Below, piece after piece: positions 50,093-60,651 of a stretch of 64,000 nt of DNA; positions within the stretch are counted from its first letter, which is position 1; each line of letters opens with the position of its first letter. This DNA comes from Candidatus Sulfomarinibacteraceae bacterium (lineage in GTDB: Bacteria > Acidobacteriota > Thermoanaerobaculia > Thermoanaerobaculales > Sulfomarinibacteraceae). A program made the translations under genes and the position numbers. The stretch is from the NCBI GenBank assembly GCA_963823345.1, contig CAWGLE010000004.1, positions 385,166 to 449,165 on the forward strand, given 5' to 3'. Below the pieces are notes generated by a model. That model had not been told where the DNA came from, made no database searches, and saw only the letters and a program-made list of their open reading frames with translations.

Positions 50093-51862
50093 CGTTTGCC
50101 GAACCCTCCCGTCTGGCGCTGCTGGCGCTCCCGGCCCTCGCCGCCATGCTCGCCGTGTACCGGCACCGGCGGCGCCGGGCGCAGCAGCGGCGGCTGGCGT
50201 CGCCGGGCGTCTGGGTCCGGTTGCTCGGCGGACGTTCCGGCAACCGGGCTGGCGCGTCTCCTCTTGTGGTGCGGCGCCGCGGCGTTGATCGCGCTGGCCC
50301 TTGCCAGACCGCAGTGGGGCGAGCAACCGAACGAGGAATCGGTGCGGACGCGGGACCTGGTGGTGGCCCTGGACGTCTCCGATTCCATGCGCTGCGAAGA
50401 CGTGCGGCCGTCGCGGTTGAACCGCAGCATCGAGACCCTCCAGCGGTTGCTGCCGCAGCTCGAGGGCAACCGGCTGGCCGTCGTCATTTTTTCCGGTGAC
50501 GCCTACCCGCTGTTGCCGTTGACGACCGATCTCAGCGCAGTGGGGGTCTTTCTCGACGGCGTCGAGGCCGGGATGGTGGCTCTGCCCGGCTCCAATCTGG
50601 AGCGCGCCGTCGCGGCTTCGCTCGAGCTGTTGCCGGACGAGGGCGAAGGACGGGTCCTGATGCTGTTCTCCGACGGAGAGAACCTGCAGGGAGACGTGGA
50701 CGCGGCCACCGCGGCCCTCGAGAATGCAGGCGTCGGCCTGGTGGGTCTGGTGGCGGGAACCGAACGCGGAGGCCCGATCCCCGAGGCGGACCGGGACGGC
50801 GGCGTCCACTACAAACGGGACAGCGGCGGCCAACCGGTCGTGACCAGGGCCCACCCCGAGGTCCTGCAGGCGATCGCCGATGAACTGGACGGCGAGGTGG
50901 TGAGCCTGTCCGACGCCGACGTGGTGCGCGAGGTCGCGGCCGCCATCGAGCGGGTCCGCACCCGCGAGGTGACCGCGACGCAGACCGTCCGGCGCATCGA
51001 ACGGTTCCCCGTCTTCCTGGCGGCGGCGGCGGTTCTCCTGTTCCTCGGCTTCGCCCTGTCGCCCTGGCGGCGGCTGGCGGTCGCGGCGCTCGTACTCGTG
51101 ATAGCGGCCCCGGGAGTCGCCACGGCGCAGTCCGCGGCGCCGGCAAAGGCGGCCCCCGCCGTGCAGGCGCCGGCAGCGGCCGACGCCGCGGAGGAGGCGC
51201 CGCTGCCGGAGGCCTCGTGGTGGCAACGGCTGATTCCGGGCGGCAGCCGGCGCCTGGCGCGCAGCGGCGTCGCACACTGGAGCGTCGGTGATCTGGAGGG
51301 GGCGACGGCCGCGTTTTCCGGCGCCGCCGATCTCGAACCCGAGGCGCCCGACCGCTTGTACGACCTCGGCACGTCGCTCGCAGCCGCCGGGCGGCTCGAC
51401 ACCGCCCAACCGCTGCTTGAAAAGGCGGCCGGGGGCGGCGCCCGCGACGCCGCCTTCAACTCGGGCACGGCGGCCCTCGAACAGTCCCAGGTCGAATCGG
51501 CGCTCGAGTGGCTCGGTCGGGCGATGATCGCCAACCCGGACGACCTCGGGGCCAAACACAACTACGAGTTGGCGTTGAGGATGCTCGAGGAGCAGCAGAA
51601 ACAACAGCAGCAGGACCAACAGCAGGAGCAGGAAAAGCAGGAAGACCAGGACCAGGAGAACGAGAACGACCAGCAGGAGAAGGGCGACCAGCAGCCGACC
51701 CCGACCCCGAGCCCGTCTCCCGGTCAGCAGGGCGCGGCGCCGACGCCGACGCCGAACCCCAACCAGCCCCTGTTTGCCGCCCTCGACCGTGCCGAGGCCG
51801 ATGCCCGCGAGGCGATGCAGTCGCCGACCCCGCAGGCGGGCAAGGTGGAAAAAGACTGGTGA
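50089..51862 (+). CDS. batB: BatB-like vWA protein fused to a BatC-like TPR/Gln-rich region; apparent 1-nt insertion at G run 50246-50248
   Basis: GTG 50089 overlaps the batA TGA. VTFAEPSRLALLALPALAAMLAVY... is in one frame. From about 50247 the +1 frame reads LARLLLWCGAAALIALALARPQWG...LVVALDVSDSMRCED...MLFSDGENLQG.... This is followed by TPR-like, Q/E/D-rich and PTPTPSPSP tracts. Confidence 0.7.
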
Positions 51863-53544
51863 ACGCGGAGGTTCATGCACTGCGAAGGGCGAGCCGGTGG
51901 GCACTGGCGCTGGTAGCCGCGGCAGCCGGGGTGGTCTCGGCCGCTGACCCGAGCCTCGAGGTGACGCTCGAGCCCCGACGTTTCGGTATCGAGGATGCGG
52001 CCCGTCTGGAGGTCCGTGTGCTCGAGCCGAGCGGCACCCCGGTGGTGGATCTCGGCGCCCTCACCAATCTCCAGGTCGCGGGCGGGCCGTCGACCGGCAC
52101 CGAGTTCTCGTGGATCAACGGCGCCGCCACCCGGGCGACCACCTTCACCTACGTCGTGCAGGGAGTCGAGGTCGGCGCGGCCTCCGTCGGTCCGGTGACG
52201 GTGCGTCTCGAGGGTGTGGAGCTGCGCTCCGAGGTGATCTCGGCGGAGGTGGTTCCGGGCAGCGTGGTGCCGCAGCAGCCGGCTCCAGGAAGGCGATCGG
52301 GTTTTCCCCTGGATCCTTTCGGTGACCTCATGCAGAGGCGGCAGCAGCCGACGCGGTCGGCGCGGGTCGAGCTGCGACAGCTGCTCGACCGCAACCGGAT
52401 CGTCCTCGGTCAGCCGGTGGTGGCTCGGGTGGTGTTGGACACCACCGCCGGCGGGGTCGACGGGTTCGAGTGGATCGACGCACCGTCCTACCCCGGTTGG
52501 TGGGCGCAGCGGGTGGACCCGCCGGAGAGGATCACGGGCGAGGTCGTCGAGGTCGACGGCGTCCGCTACAACCGGTTCGTGGTCGCGGAGCACGTTCTGG
52601 TGCCCTTGAAGACGGGGCCGCTGACGATGCCGGCGGTCGGAGCGCGGATCGGGTTCCGATCCGCGAGCGTGTTCGCCCCGCAGCAGGTGGTGGAGAGGAC
52701 CAGCAGCCAGCAGTCGGTGGAGGTGACGCCGCGGCCGCAGGCGCCGGAGGGCTTTTCGGGCGCCGTCGGCGATCTCCGCTACCGGGCCAGCCTGCATCCC
52801 GAACGGGTTGCGTACGGCGAGTCGGCGGTGCTCTCGATCGAGCTCAAAGGCAGCGGCAATCTGCCCCTGGTCGAGGCGCCGGCGTTGTGGCCGACCTGCG
52901 CGGAGTGCGAGAGCTATCCACCCGAGGAGGAGAGCTCGGTCACGGTCGACGCGCGCGGCATCCACGGGACGCGGGTGTGGCGAACGACCCTGGTGCCGCG
53001 CGGCGCCGGTGAGCTCGAGTTGGCGCCGGTCGAGCTCGCGGTCTTCGACCCGGCGGCCGGGGCCTATCGCACGCAGGTTCTGGGTCCGATGAGGTTGGTC
53101 GTGGAGGCGCCGCCGGCGACGCCGATCCCCGCTGCCGAGCCCGTGCTGGAAGCAGGTGACGGGGAACGCCCGCAAGCGCCGAACCCATCCGCGGACGGTA
53201 CGGAGGCGGGGCCGCCGCAGTTCGTGTTGCTCATCGGCGCTTTGACCGTGGGTCTGCTGGTGGGTGGAGTGGTGACCTTCCTCGTGGCGCGGCGCCGCCG
53301 CGTGGCGCTGCCGCCACGGCGGGACGGAGAGAGCCCGGCTGAACGAGCACGCCAGCTGCAGGTGGCCCTGGAGCGGTGGTGGCTCGATGCGCGGTCGAAG
53401 ACCCGGGGCGCGGCCCTCGAGGACGAGATGCAGGCGCTGCGGCAGGAGCTCGAGGCGGTGCGGTTCGCGCCCGGCCGCGCCGACCACTCGGAGACCGTGC
53501 TCGACCTCGAAGATCGTGTGCGGGGCCTGATGCGACGTGCGTGA
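51859..53544 (+). CDS. batD: BatD-like (oxygen tolerance) protein
   Basis: GTGA overlap with the batB stop. Signal-like ...RWALALVAAAAGVVSA. Repeated beta-sandwich-like segments. A C-terminal TM FVLLIGALTVGLLVGGVVTFLV. Confidence 0.6.
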   Translation: MNAEVHALRRASRWALALVAAAAGVVSAADPSLEVTLEPRRFGIEDAARLEVRVLEPSGTPVVDLGALTNLQVAGGPSTGTEFSWINGAATRATTFTYVVQGVEVGAASVGPVTVRLEGVELRSEVISAEVVPGSVVPQQPAPGRRSGFPLDPFGDLMQRRQQPTRSARVELRQLLDRNRIVLGQPVVARVVLDTTAGGVDGFEWIDAPSYPGWWAQRVDPPERITGEVVEVDGVRYNRFVVAEHVLVPLKTGPLTMPAVGARIGFRSASVFAPQQVVERTSSQQSVEVTPRPQAPEGFSGAVGDLRYRASLHPERVAYGESAVLSIELKGSGNLPLVEAPALWPTCAECESYPPEEESSVTVDARGIHGTRVWRTTLVPRGAGELELAPVELAVFDPAAGAYRTQVLGPMRLVVEAPPATPIPAAEPVLEAGDGERPQAPNPSADGTEAGPPQFVLLIGALTVGLLVGGVVTFLVARRRRVALPPRRDGESPAERARQLQVALERWWLDARSKTRGAALEDEMQALRQELEAVRFAPGRADHSETVLDLEDRVRGLMRRA

Positions 53545-53556
53545 TACCATAATTTG

Positions 53557-54669
53557 ATGGGCCCACCAGAGGTCTTCAGCCTGCCTGTCGGCGATCTCGA
53601 ACCCTTTCTCGATCGCAAACGCTACTCCGCTTTTGCAATGTCGCAGCTGCAGCTGCCGTCCTTTCTCGCCGAGGTCCTGAGAAAGGCCAACGATTTCGTG
53701 CCGTCGGTGGCGGGTTCGATCCTCATGGACCGACCGGTCGAGCGCGGGGACACGCCGTCCCAGACCAATCTCTACTTCGTGGCGGCGTTCGGCCCGTCGG
53801 CGTCCGCCCTGCTCGGCAAGAACCTGCGCGCCGACCGCGGCGTGGTGGGTCATGTCTACCGGACCGGCGAGCCCTATCTGATGGCCGACCCCGAGTCGGA
53901 TCCCAACTTCTATCCCAAGTTCGACGAAGATCACGAGTTCCGGACCACCGGGGTGGTCGCGGTACCGGTGCGGATCGAAAGAGCGGTGTGCGGTGTGCTG
54001 GAACTGCTCAACCGGTCGGATGGTGAGTCCTACACCTCGCGCAACATGCAGATGCTCGAGATCTTCGCACGCTACACCTCGATCTCGATCGAGAACCTGC
54101 TCGACGCGCAGCGTGCGACCGAGATGGCGCGGCGCGACGATCTCACCGGGCTGTACAACGATCGCTTCTTCCACCATCGCCTGAGCGAGGACCTGATCCG
54201 CGCCGACGTCACCCGTTCGACGGTGGCACTGCTCTTTCTCGACATCGACAACTTCAAGAGCGTCAACGACACCCACGGCCACCTCGCCGGTTCGCAGGTG
54301 CTCAAGGAATTCGGCTACCTGTTGGCCACCACCGTGACCGCCGAGGGAGCGACCCTGGCCCGCTACGGAGGCGACGAGTTCGTGATCATCCTCCCCGACC
54401 ACGACCTCGAGATGGCGTGTGCAGTGGGCACCGCGATTCAGAAGGCACTGTCCGAGACGCGGTTCCTGCAGGGCAACTTCTCGTGGTCGGAGGGGCCGGT
54501 GTACTGGCGGCAGCCGCTCACCACGTCGATCGGGGTTGCCGTGTATCCGCACCACCTGCCGCGTCAGGGCACGACGGACATGAAGAAGAACCTGCTCCTT
54601 CGCGCCGCCGACCTCGCCATGTACCGCGGCAAGGAGAACGGCAAGGACCAGATCCGCATCGCCGACTGA
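53557..54669 (+). CDS. GAF domain diguanylate cyclase (GGDEF)
   Basis: ...RDDLTGLYNDRFF...LLFLDIDNFKSVNDTHGHLAGS...ARYGGDEFVIIL.... ATG 53557 (TTG 53554 in the track). Confidence 0.85.
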   Translation: MGPPEVFSLPVGDLEPFLDRKRYSAFAMSQLQLPSFLAEVLRKANDFVPSVAGSILMDRPVERGDTPSQTNLYFVAAFGPSASALLGKNLRADRGVVGHVYRTGEPYLMADPESDPNFYPKFDEDHEFRTTGVVAVPVRIERAVCGVLELLNRSDGESYTSRNMQMLEIFARYTSISIENLLDAQRATEMARRDDLTGLYNDRFFHHRLSEDLIRADVTRSTVALLFLDIDNFKSVNDTHGHLAGSQVLKEFGYLLATTVTAEGATLARYGGDEFVIILPDHDLEMACAVGTAIQKALSETRFLQGNFSWSEGPVYWRQPLTTSIGVAVYPHHLPRQGTTDMKKNLLLRAADLAMYRGKENGKDQIRIAD

Positions 54670-54882
54670 AAAACTGCCAATTTGGCAGGCGCGGATGGGT
54701 GGTGCACAGGGTTCTGCGTTCGCGAATCGCAACCTCCTGCAATAAACTCGCGCACATCGAGATTGAATGGTGTGGTACGCGGCGGCGATACCGGGCCGGG
54801 GCGGTCGTGGGTTGGCAAGCTTCTTGCTTTTCCCACCACGCACGGTCGGCGTGCACCGCGTGCCGATTCTGGAGGTTGCAAC

Positions 54883-56379
54883 ATGAAGAGCGATGCCCAC
54901 AAGATCTTTTCCCTCGCGGCCGTGATCGTGGCCGCGACCCTGTTCGGGATGATGCTGTCGGGAGGCATGAACGTCACGCAGCGGGCTGACGCCGATCTGC
55001 CGGCGCCGGCGGCCGCGGCGACTCAGGGCGAGATCGTGCTCCCGGATTTCGTCGCCCTGGCGGACCATGTGGTGCCGTCGGTGGTTTCGGTGTACTCCGA
55101 CGAGGTCCAGGACCCGTCCGAGCGGAATCGGCAGATGCCGAACGATCCGTTCCATTTCTTCTTCGGCCCGCGCGATGACGGGTCGGAGCGCGAGCCGCAG
55201 GTGCGGCGGTCGTCGGGTTCCGGTTTCTTTATCAGCACCGAGGGTGAGATCCTCACCAACAACCACGTGGTCGAGGACGCGGACAGCATCAAGGTGCGGC
55301 TCAGCGACGACACCGAGTACCGCGCGGAAGTCGTCGGTGTCGACCCGGCCACCGATGTTGCATTGTTGAAGATTGTCGATCCCGATCGCGAGTTCTCGGC
55401 GTTGACGCTGGGCGACTCGTCCGTTGTCCGGGTCGGCCAGTGGGTGATGGCGGCGGGCAACCCGCTTGACATGGCCAACTCCGTCACCGTCGGTGTGGTA
55501 TCGGCCAAGGGGAGATCGCTCGGTCTGTCGGCGGCGTCGTCGTCGTTCGAGAACTTCATCCAGACCGACGCGGCCATCAACTTCGGCAACTCCGGCGGTC
55601 CGCTGGTCAACCTGAAGGGCAACGTGATCGGCATCAACACGGCGATCAACGCGGCCGGACAGAACATCGGGTTTGCGGTTCCGATCGACGTGGCGAAGCG
55701 GATTCTGCCCCAGCTTCGCGAAAACGGCCGCGTGGTGCGCGGATATCTCGGGGTCTCCATCGGCAACATCAACAAGGACGACGCGGAGGCTTTCGGGCTG
55801 GACAACTCGGACGGTGCGCTGGTCGAAGAGGTCGTTGAGGGCCACGCTGCAGCCAAAGCGGGGATCCGCCACGGCGATGTCATCGTGTCGGTTGACGGCA
55901 CGACCCTCTCCGATACTCGCGAACTCATCGACACCATCTCGGCGATGCCGCCGGGGACCGAGGTCAAACTCGGTGTGATCCGCAACGGCAAGAAGATCTC
56001 CGTCGACGTGACCCTCGAAGAGCGGGAAACCGATGCCGCGCCGGAGGCGCCGGGTGACGGCCCGAGCGACGAGGGAGACGTGTTCGAACGGGTCGGGATC
56101 ACGGTTACCGAGCTGACACCGATGGTCCGCCAGAACTTCCGCATCGAAAGCGAGATCGAGGGCGTGGTCGTGACCAGGGTGCGGCCGTTGTCGCCGGCAA
56201 GCGAGGAAAATGTGGCGCCTGGTCTGGTGATCACCGAAGCCAACGGCAACCCGGTCGATTCTCCGGCGGATCTGCGGGCGGTCGTCGAGGACGTGGCCGC
56301 CGGCGGCTACCTGAGGCTCTACGTCTACATTCCGCGCGCCGATTCCTACCGGTTCGTGATTCTCAAGCTGGAGGAATGA
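54883..56379 (+). CDS. htrA: HtrA/DegP-family periplasmic serine protease with two PDZ domains
   Basis: GGAGG precedes ATG 54883. ...GSGFFISTEGEILTNNHVV...DVALLKI...GNSGGPLVNLKGNVIGINTA.... Confidence 0.88.
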   Translation: MKSDAHKIFSLAAVIVAATLFGMMLSGGMNVTQRADADLPAPAAAATQGEIVLPDFVALADHVVPSVVSVYSDEVQDPSERNRQMPNDPFHFFFGPRDDGSEREPQVRRSSGSGFFISTEGEILTNNHVVEDADSIKVRLSDDTEYRAEVVGVDPATDVALLKIVDPDREFSALTLGDSSVVRVGQWVMAAGNPLDMANSVTVGVVSAKGRSLGLSAASSSFENFIQTDAAINFGNSGGPLVNLKGNVIGINTAINAAGQNIGFAVPIDVAKRILPQLRENGRVVRGYLGVSIGNINKDDAEAFGLDNSDGALVEEVVEGHAAAKAGIRHGDVIVSVDGTTLSDTRELIDTISAMPPGTEVKLGVIRNGKKISVDVTLEERETDAAPEAPGDGPSDEGDVFERVGITVTELTPMVRQNFRIESEIEGVVVTRVRPLSPASEENVAPGLVITEANGNPVDSPADLRAVVEDVAAGGYLRLYVYIPRADSYRFVILKLEE

Positions 56380-56402
56380 CGACCGCCCGAACTCAATCCA
56401 CG

Positions 56403-56430
56403 AGGCGCACCTTCGGGTGCGCCTTTTTTT
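56403..56430 (+). terminator. Rho-independent terminator after htrA
   Basis: AGGCGCACC, loop TTCG, GGTGCGCCT, followed by T7. Confidence 0.8.
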
Positions 56431-56668
56431 GTGCGCCAGGCAGGGCGCGAAGAGACATGGCTGGCGCGGTCATACCGGCCGCAGTCGAAACCTGGTGAGA
56501 AAGGCGGGCGAAGTGGCGGTAAGGGGGCCCGGGATTGGAGTCTGAAAGCCCTCTGCTCGGGCAACGCCCACCATCTGCCGGCGCCCGCCTTTCAGAGAGG
56601 GCGTTCGCCACGCACCGCGTTTCGAAAAACGTCCCTCGACGCCGTGCCGGCTTGAAGTCGAACGAATA

Positions 56669-58807
56669 ATGCTCTCTGTCTTCAGGCGCCGCAGGCGTAT
56701 GATCGAGACCATGCCGCAAAACCGCATATCGTTCCCGGCCGCCGAGGAACCGCGTCGCGCCGGAGCGCGGGCGCGGCTGCAGATGGCGCGCCAGGTGGGT
56801 GCGGTGGCGGCGGCGCTGCTCGCCCAGTTCGCGGTTTCGATGCCGGAAGGCTACTTCGGACCCGCCGACGAAGTGACGCCGTTCGGCATCACGTACTCGG
56901 CGGGCATCCTCGCCCTGCTGATCCTGACGATCGTGGCGCAGGCCCGCCGCAGCCGGTGGGGTCCCTTCGGTGCGATGGCGATCTTCGCGGTCAACGTCGG
57001 TCTGTTCATTCCGCCGTTGATCGCCAACCCGGTGATCGCGGGCTTCGTCGTGCTGTGGAACTTCTACCTGCTGAGCCGTATCGTCCTCTCAGCCAGGACC
57101 CGCTTTTCGCTCCTCGGCCGGGAGCCGTCCGGTCCGCACGACGAGATCGCCGCCTGGCTGGCGCTGAACGGCCCCGCGGCGCGCCACCTGGTGACGGTCG
57201 CGCTGGTCGCCACCGTCGCGGTGGTCGGCTACGGAATCGGCTGGAGAGCGCCCGCTCATTCGGTCTGCATCGCGCTGCAGGCGCTCGCGGTCGGGGCCGC
57301 CGCCGGATTCCTGCACCGGCTGGCCAGACCCGGGCGGTGGTTCGCCTACGCGCCCTTCATCCTCGTCGCAGCCGCCCTTGCGGCGGCCGCCCGCCCCGAG
57401 GTCTCGCTCGCGCTGATGGCCGCCTTCGACGCCGCCGTCCTGGTGATTCTCGCGACCCGCAGCAGCCTCATCTCGGAGGTGCTGCAGACCTTCTACGGCC
57501 GACCGGCACTGCTCATTCTGGTCAGCTTCGTGCTCCTCATCAGCCTCGGGACCCTGCTCTTGACCTTTCCCGCCGCCTCCGCCCACGCGGAGCCGCTGCG
57601 GCCGGTCGACGCCCTTTTCACGGCGACCAGCGCCGCCTGCGTCACCGGTTTGATCGTGCTCGACACGCCGCGTGACCTGAGCTTCTTCGGCCAGCTCGTG
57701 GTCCTGCTCCTGATCCAAACCGGCGGCCTCAACATCATGGTCCTGTCGGCCTTTGCCGCTCTCCTGCTCGGACGCGGCCTCGGCCTGCGCGGCGAGCAGG
57801 CGCTGGGGGCCATGCTCGACCTGCCGTCGGTGGCCGCGGCCTACCGCCTCATCACCTTCATCGTGGTCGTCACCCTGACGATCGAGGCCGTCGGCGCATC
57901 GATCCTGGCGGCCGTCGAGCTCGAGCGCGGCGCGCGGCCACTGACAGCGGCGTGGCGCGGTATTTTCCATTCGGTGTCGGCCTTCTGCAACGCCGGCTTC
58001 GCCCTCTACTCCGATTCGATGGTGGGATTCCGCGAGCAGCCCGTGGTGCTGCTGACCATCGCGGTGTTGATCACCCTCGGGGGCCTCGGCTTCGCGGTGC
58101 TCGCCTTCGCGTCGTTGCGTATGAAGGGCGGTTCGAAAGTCGGGCTCGCGACCCAGGTGCGGATCGTGCTCCTGGCCTCCGCAGCTTTGACCGCTCTGGG
58201 TTTCGTGAGCATCTCGGCTGTCGAATGGCACCACGGGCTCGCCGGCCTCGGGACGGCGGACAAGATCACGAATGCGCTCTTCCAGAGCGTGACCTGCCGC
58301 ACCGCCGGCTTCAACTCGGTGGGGTTCGACGCTCTGCAACCGGCAACGCTGATGCTGATGATGGCGCTGATGTTCGTCGGCGCCTCGCCCGGCGGCACCG
58401 GCGGCGGCATCAAGACGACGACCCTGGTGGTGCTGCTCAGCGCGATCCCGGCGATCGCCAGCGGGCGTGGGCAGGTGGTGCTGCTCAAGCGCACGATCAG
58501 CCTCGAAACCGTTTTCCGCTGCGCGGCGATCGCCGTGGTCGCCATGTTGGTCGTGGTCGGCGGCGCAACGTTGCTGCTGCTCCTCGAAAACCAGAGTTTC
58601 CTGTCCCTGGTGTTCGAGATCGTGAGCGCGTTCGGCACCGTCGGCCTCTCCCTCGGTGCGACCGCGACCCTCGGGGTTTTCGGCAAGCTGGTCGTCATCG
58701 CCGTCATGCTCATCGGCCGCGTCGGGCCGCTGAGCCTCGCATTGCTGTTCGGCAGGAAGCGGCAGCCTGCCGTCGGCCATCCCGAAGCCAGAATCATGGT
58801 CGGGTGA
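56669..58807 (+). CDS. trkH: TrkH/KtrB-family potassium transporter with a ~260-aa extra N-terminal membrane region
   Basis: The C-terminal ~450 aa have TrkH/KtrB repeats (...TATSAACVTGL..., ...SAFCNAGF..., ...CRTAGFN..., ...GGTGGGIKT..., ...FGTVGLS...). The start is uncertain (ATG 56669, 56699 or 56711). Confidence 0.8.
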   Translation: MLSVFRRRRRMIETMPQNRISFPAAEEPRRAGARARLQMARQVGAVAAALLAQFAVSMPEGYFGPADEVTPFGITYSAGILALLILTIVAQARRSRWGPFGAMAIFAVNVGLFIPPLIANPVIAGFVVLWNFYLLSRIVLSARTRFSLLGREPSGPHDEIAAWLALNGPAARHLVTVALVATVAVVGYGIGWRAPAHSVCIALQALAVGAAAGFLHRLARPGRWFAYAPFILVAAALAAAARPEVSLALMAAFDAAVLVILATRSSLISEVLQTFYGRPALLILVSFVLLISLGTLLLTFPAASAHAEPLRPVDALFTATSAACVTGLIVLDTPRDLSFFGQLVVLLLIQTGGLNIMVLSAFAALLLGRGLGLRGEQALGAMLDLPSVAAAYRLITFIVVVTLTIEAVGASILAAVELERGARPLTAAWRGIFHSVSAFCNAGFALYSDSMVGFREQPVVLLTIAVLITLGGLGFAVLAFASLRMKGGSKVGLATQVRIVLLASAALTALGFVSISAVEWHHGLAGLGTADKITNALFQSVTCRTAGFNSVGFDALQPATLMLMMALMFVGASPGGTGGGIKTTTLVVLLSAIPAIASGRGQVVLLKRTISLETVFRCAAIAVVAMLVVVGGATLLLLLENQSFLSLVFEIVSAFGTVGLSLGATATLGVFGKLVVIAVMLIGRVGPLSLALLFGRKRQPAVGHPEARIMVG

Positions 58808-58820
58808 AGGGGGGGTTCCA

Positions 58821-59477
58821 GTGGTAGGAGAGTTTGCAGTCATCGGTCTCGGCATCTTCGGGAGGATGGTCGCCGCGAGCCTCGCTCGCGAGGGCCAGGC
58901 CGTGCTCGCCATCGACATCAACGAGGACGAGGTCAACCGCATGGCCGCCGAGCTCGACGCCGTGGTCCGTGCCGACGCGACCGACGAGGCGGCGCTGCGC
59001 GAACTCCGGCTCGACCGGGTGTCCTGCGCCGTGGTCGCCATCGGCGCCGAATCGATGGAAGCATCGATCCTCGCGACCGCGCTCCTGCGCCAGATCGGAG
59101 TGCCTCGGATCGTCGCCCGTTCGCTCAGCGAGCTTCACGCCCGCGTGCTGAGGGCGGTGGGGGCGCACGAGGTGGTGAGCCCCGAGGTGGAGATGGGTCA
59201 GCGGCTGGCCTACCGACTCTCGCACCCCAACGTGCTCGACCGCGTGGACCTCGGCGACAACGCCGAGCTGGTCGAGCTCGAGGTCCCGGCCCAGTACGTC
59301 GGCAAGACCCTGGTCGAGATCGATGTCCGCCGCCGCTTCGACGTCACCGTGGTCGCGATCCATCGCGGAGGCAGGATCGTCGCCAACCCGAGCCGGGATG
59401 AGGTGTTCCAGGCCGGAGAGATCCTGGTGGTCATCGGATCGACCGGCGCGGTTTCCAGGTTTGCGGCCAAGGTCTGA
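58821..59477 (+). CDS. trkA: TrkA/KtrA-type RCK (NAD-binding plus TrkA-C) regulatory subunit
   Basis: GTG start. FAVIGLGIFGRMVAASLAREGQAVLAIDINED (GxGxxG); 218 aa. Confidence 0.85.
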   Translation: MVGEFAVIGLGIFGRMVAASLAREGQAVLAIDINEDEVNRMAAELDAVVRADATDEAALRELRLDRVSCAVVAIGAESMEASILATALLRQIGVPRIVARSLSELHARVLRAVGAHEVVSPEVEMGQRLAYRLSHPNVLDRVDLGDNAELVELEVPAQYVGKTLVEIDVRRRFDVTVVAIHRGGRIVANPSRDEVFQAGEILVVIGSTGAVSRFAAKV

Positions 59478-59479
59478 CC

Positions 59480-60520
59480 ATGAGGCTGGCCACACGCATC
59501 CTGCTCGGCTACTGGTACCTGGTGCTTCTTCTCGTCATCATCGCCGCCGGTGCGGCCCTCGGCTTCCACACCCTCGGCAGCAACATCGGCCGTGTGCTGA
59601 CGGAGAACTTCGACAGCGTGCGAGCCTCCACCGCCATGATCGAGTCCCTGGAACGTCAGGACAGCGCGGTCCTCGCTCTGCTCCTCGGCAAGAACGAGGC
59701 TCGCCGCGCCCTCGAGGCGTCGGAAGAGTCCTTCCGTCAGGGGTTGGGGCGCGCGCGAGCCAACATCACCCTCCCGGAGGAAGGACCGGTCATCGAGGAC
59801 ATCGAGCAGCGGTTCGCCGCCTTCGTCACAGCCCGCGACCAGCTGTTGGAGGCGACTCCCGAGCACCCCCTGCGAGCCTACGACGAGGAGACCTTTCCGG
59901 CGTTCGAGGCGGTCAAGGCGGGCGTCATCAATCTCCTGGAGATCAACCACCAGGCCATGGTCGAGGCCGACCGGCGGGCGCAGGCGACGGCGTCGCAGCG
60001 TGCGACGATCCTCGCCCTCCTGGTGCTGCTGGCGCTGTTCTCGCTGGCCTTCCTGTCGCGCGCGTTGAACCGGACCCTCCTCGAACGGCTCGACGAGCTG
60101 GCCGAGGTCGCGGAAGCCATCGCCGGCGGCAGCTTCGATCGCCGGGCCGCGACTCAGCACACGGACGAGCTCGGCGCGGTCGCCCGCCAGCTCAACGCCG
60201 TGCTCGATCGCCAGCAGGAGGTCGAAAGCGCCATGGAGGGTCGGACAGCGCTCTACCGGGATCTGCTGGTGGGGCTCCTCGGAGCCCTGCCGCGGCCCGC
60301 CGCCATCGTCGGGTTCGACGGCCGGGTTCTGGGGTCGACCTTCGACGCAGCCATCGATGCCGGGCTCGAACGGGCGGCGCCGAGGATCGCCGAGCTCGAC
60401 CGGAGCTCCGCCGAGGCCACGCTCGAGATTCAAGGGGGCACCCTCGGCCTGAGGCTGCTGCGCGTCGGGACCGAGCGCCCCCTGGCGTGGCTCATCTCGG
60501 AAGGTGGGGCTCGTCGATAG
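59480..60520 (+). CDS. Membrane protein with a four-helix-bundle-like periplasmic region and HAMP domain, with no recognisable output domain
   Basis: TM1 ILLGYWYLVLLLVIIAAGAAL and TM2 ILALLVLLALFSLAFL, followed by a HAMP-like RALNRTLLERLDELAEVAEAIAGGSFDRR. Begins 3 nt after trkA. Confidence 0.5.
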   Translation: MRLATRILLGYWYLVLLLVIIAAGAALGFHTLGSNIGRVLTENFDSVRASTAMIESLERQDSAVLALLLGKNEARRALEASEESFRQGLGRARANITLPEEGPVIEDIEQRFAAFVTARDQLLEATPEHPLRAYDEETFPAFEAVKAGVINLLEINHQAMVEADRRAQATASQRATILALLVLLALFSLAFLSRALNRTLLERLDELAEVAEAIAGGSFDRRAATQHTDELGAVARQLNAVLDRQQEVESAMEGRTALYRDLLVGLLGALPRPAAIVGFDGRVLGSTFDAAIDAGLERAAPRIAELDRSSAEATLEIQGGTLGLRLLRVGTERPLAWLISEGGARR

Positions 60521-60651
60521 AGCGCGCAGCGCACGGTGTGTCGGTACCGGGAGAAGCTCGTTGATTTCCTGGCGCCAGGATCTCCGCGCGGACACGACGT
60601 TGCCGCGGCGGCGCCGAATCGGCCCTGAGGGTGGGATCTACCGCGTCGCGA

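Noticed and set aside
48932-55872. Very long - strand ORFs (990 aa at 48932-51904 and 1382 aa at 51724-55872)
   Set aside because: They are antisense to the Bat operon, GGDEF and htrA genes, which have clear motifs. No recognisable domains are present, so this is a GC-rich artefact.
56432-56668. c-di-AMP (ydaO-type) or other riboswitch upstream of the K+ transporter
   Set aside because: The region is structured, but I could not find the conserved ydaO core motifs (for example GGGGUGAAUCC or ACCCGAAUCC) by eye. It is left as an untested possibility, not a feature.
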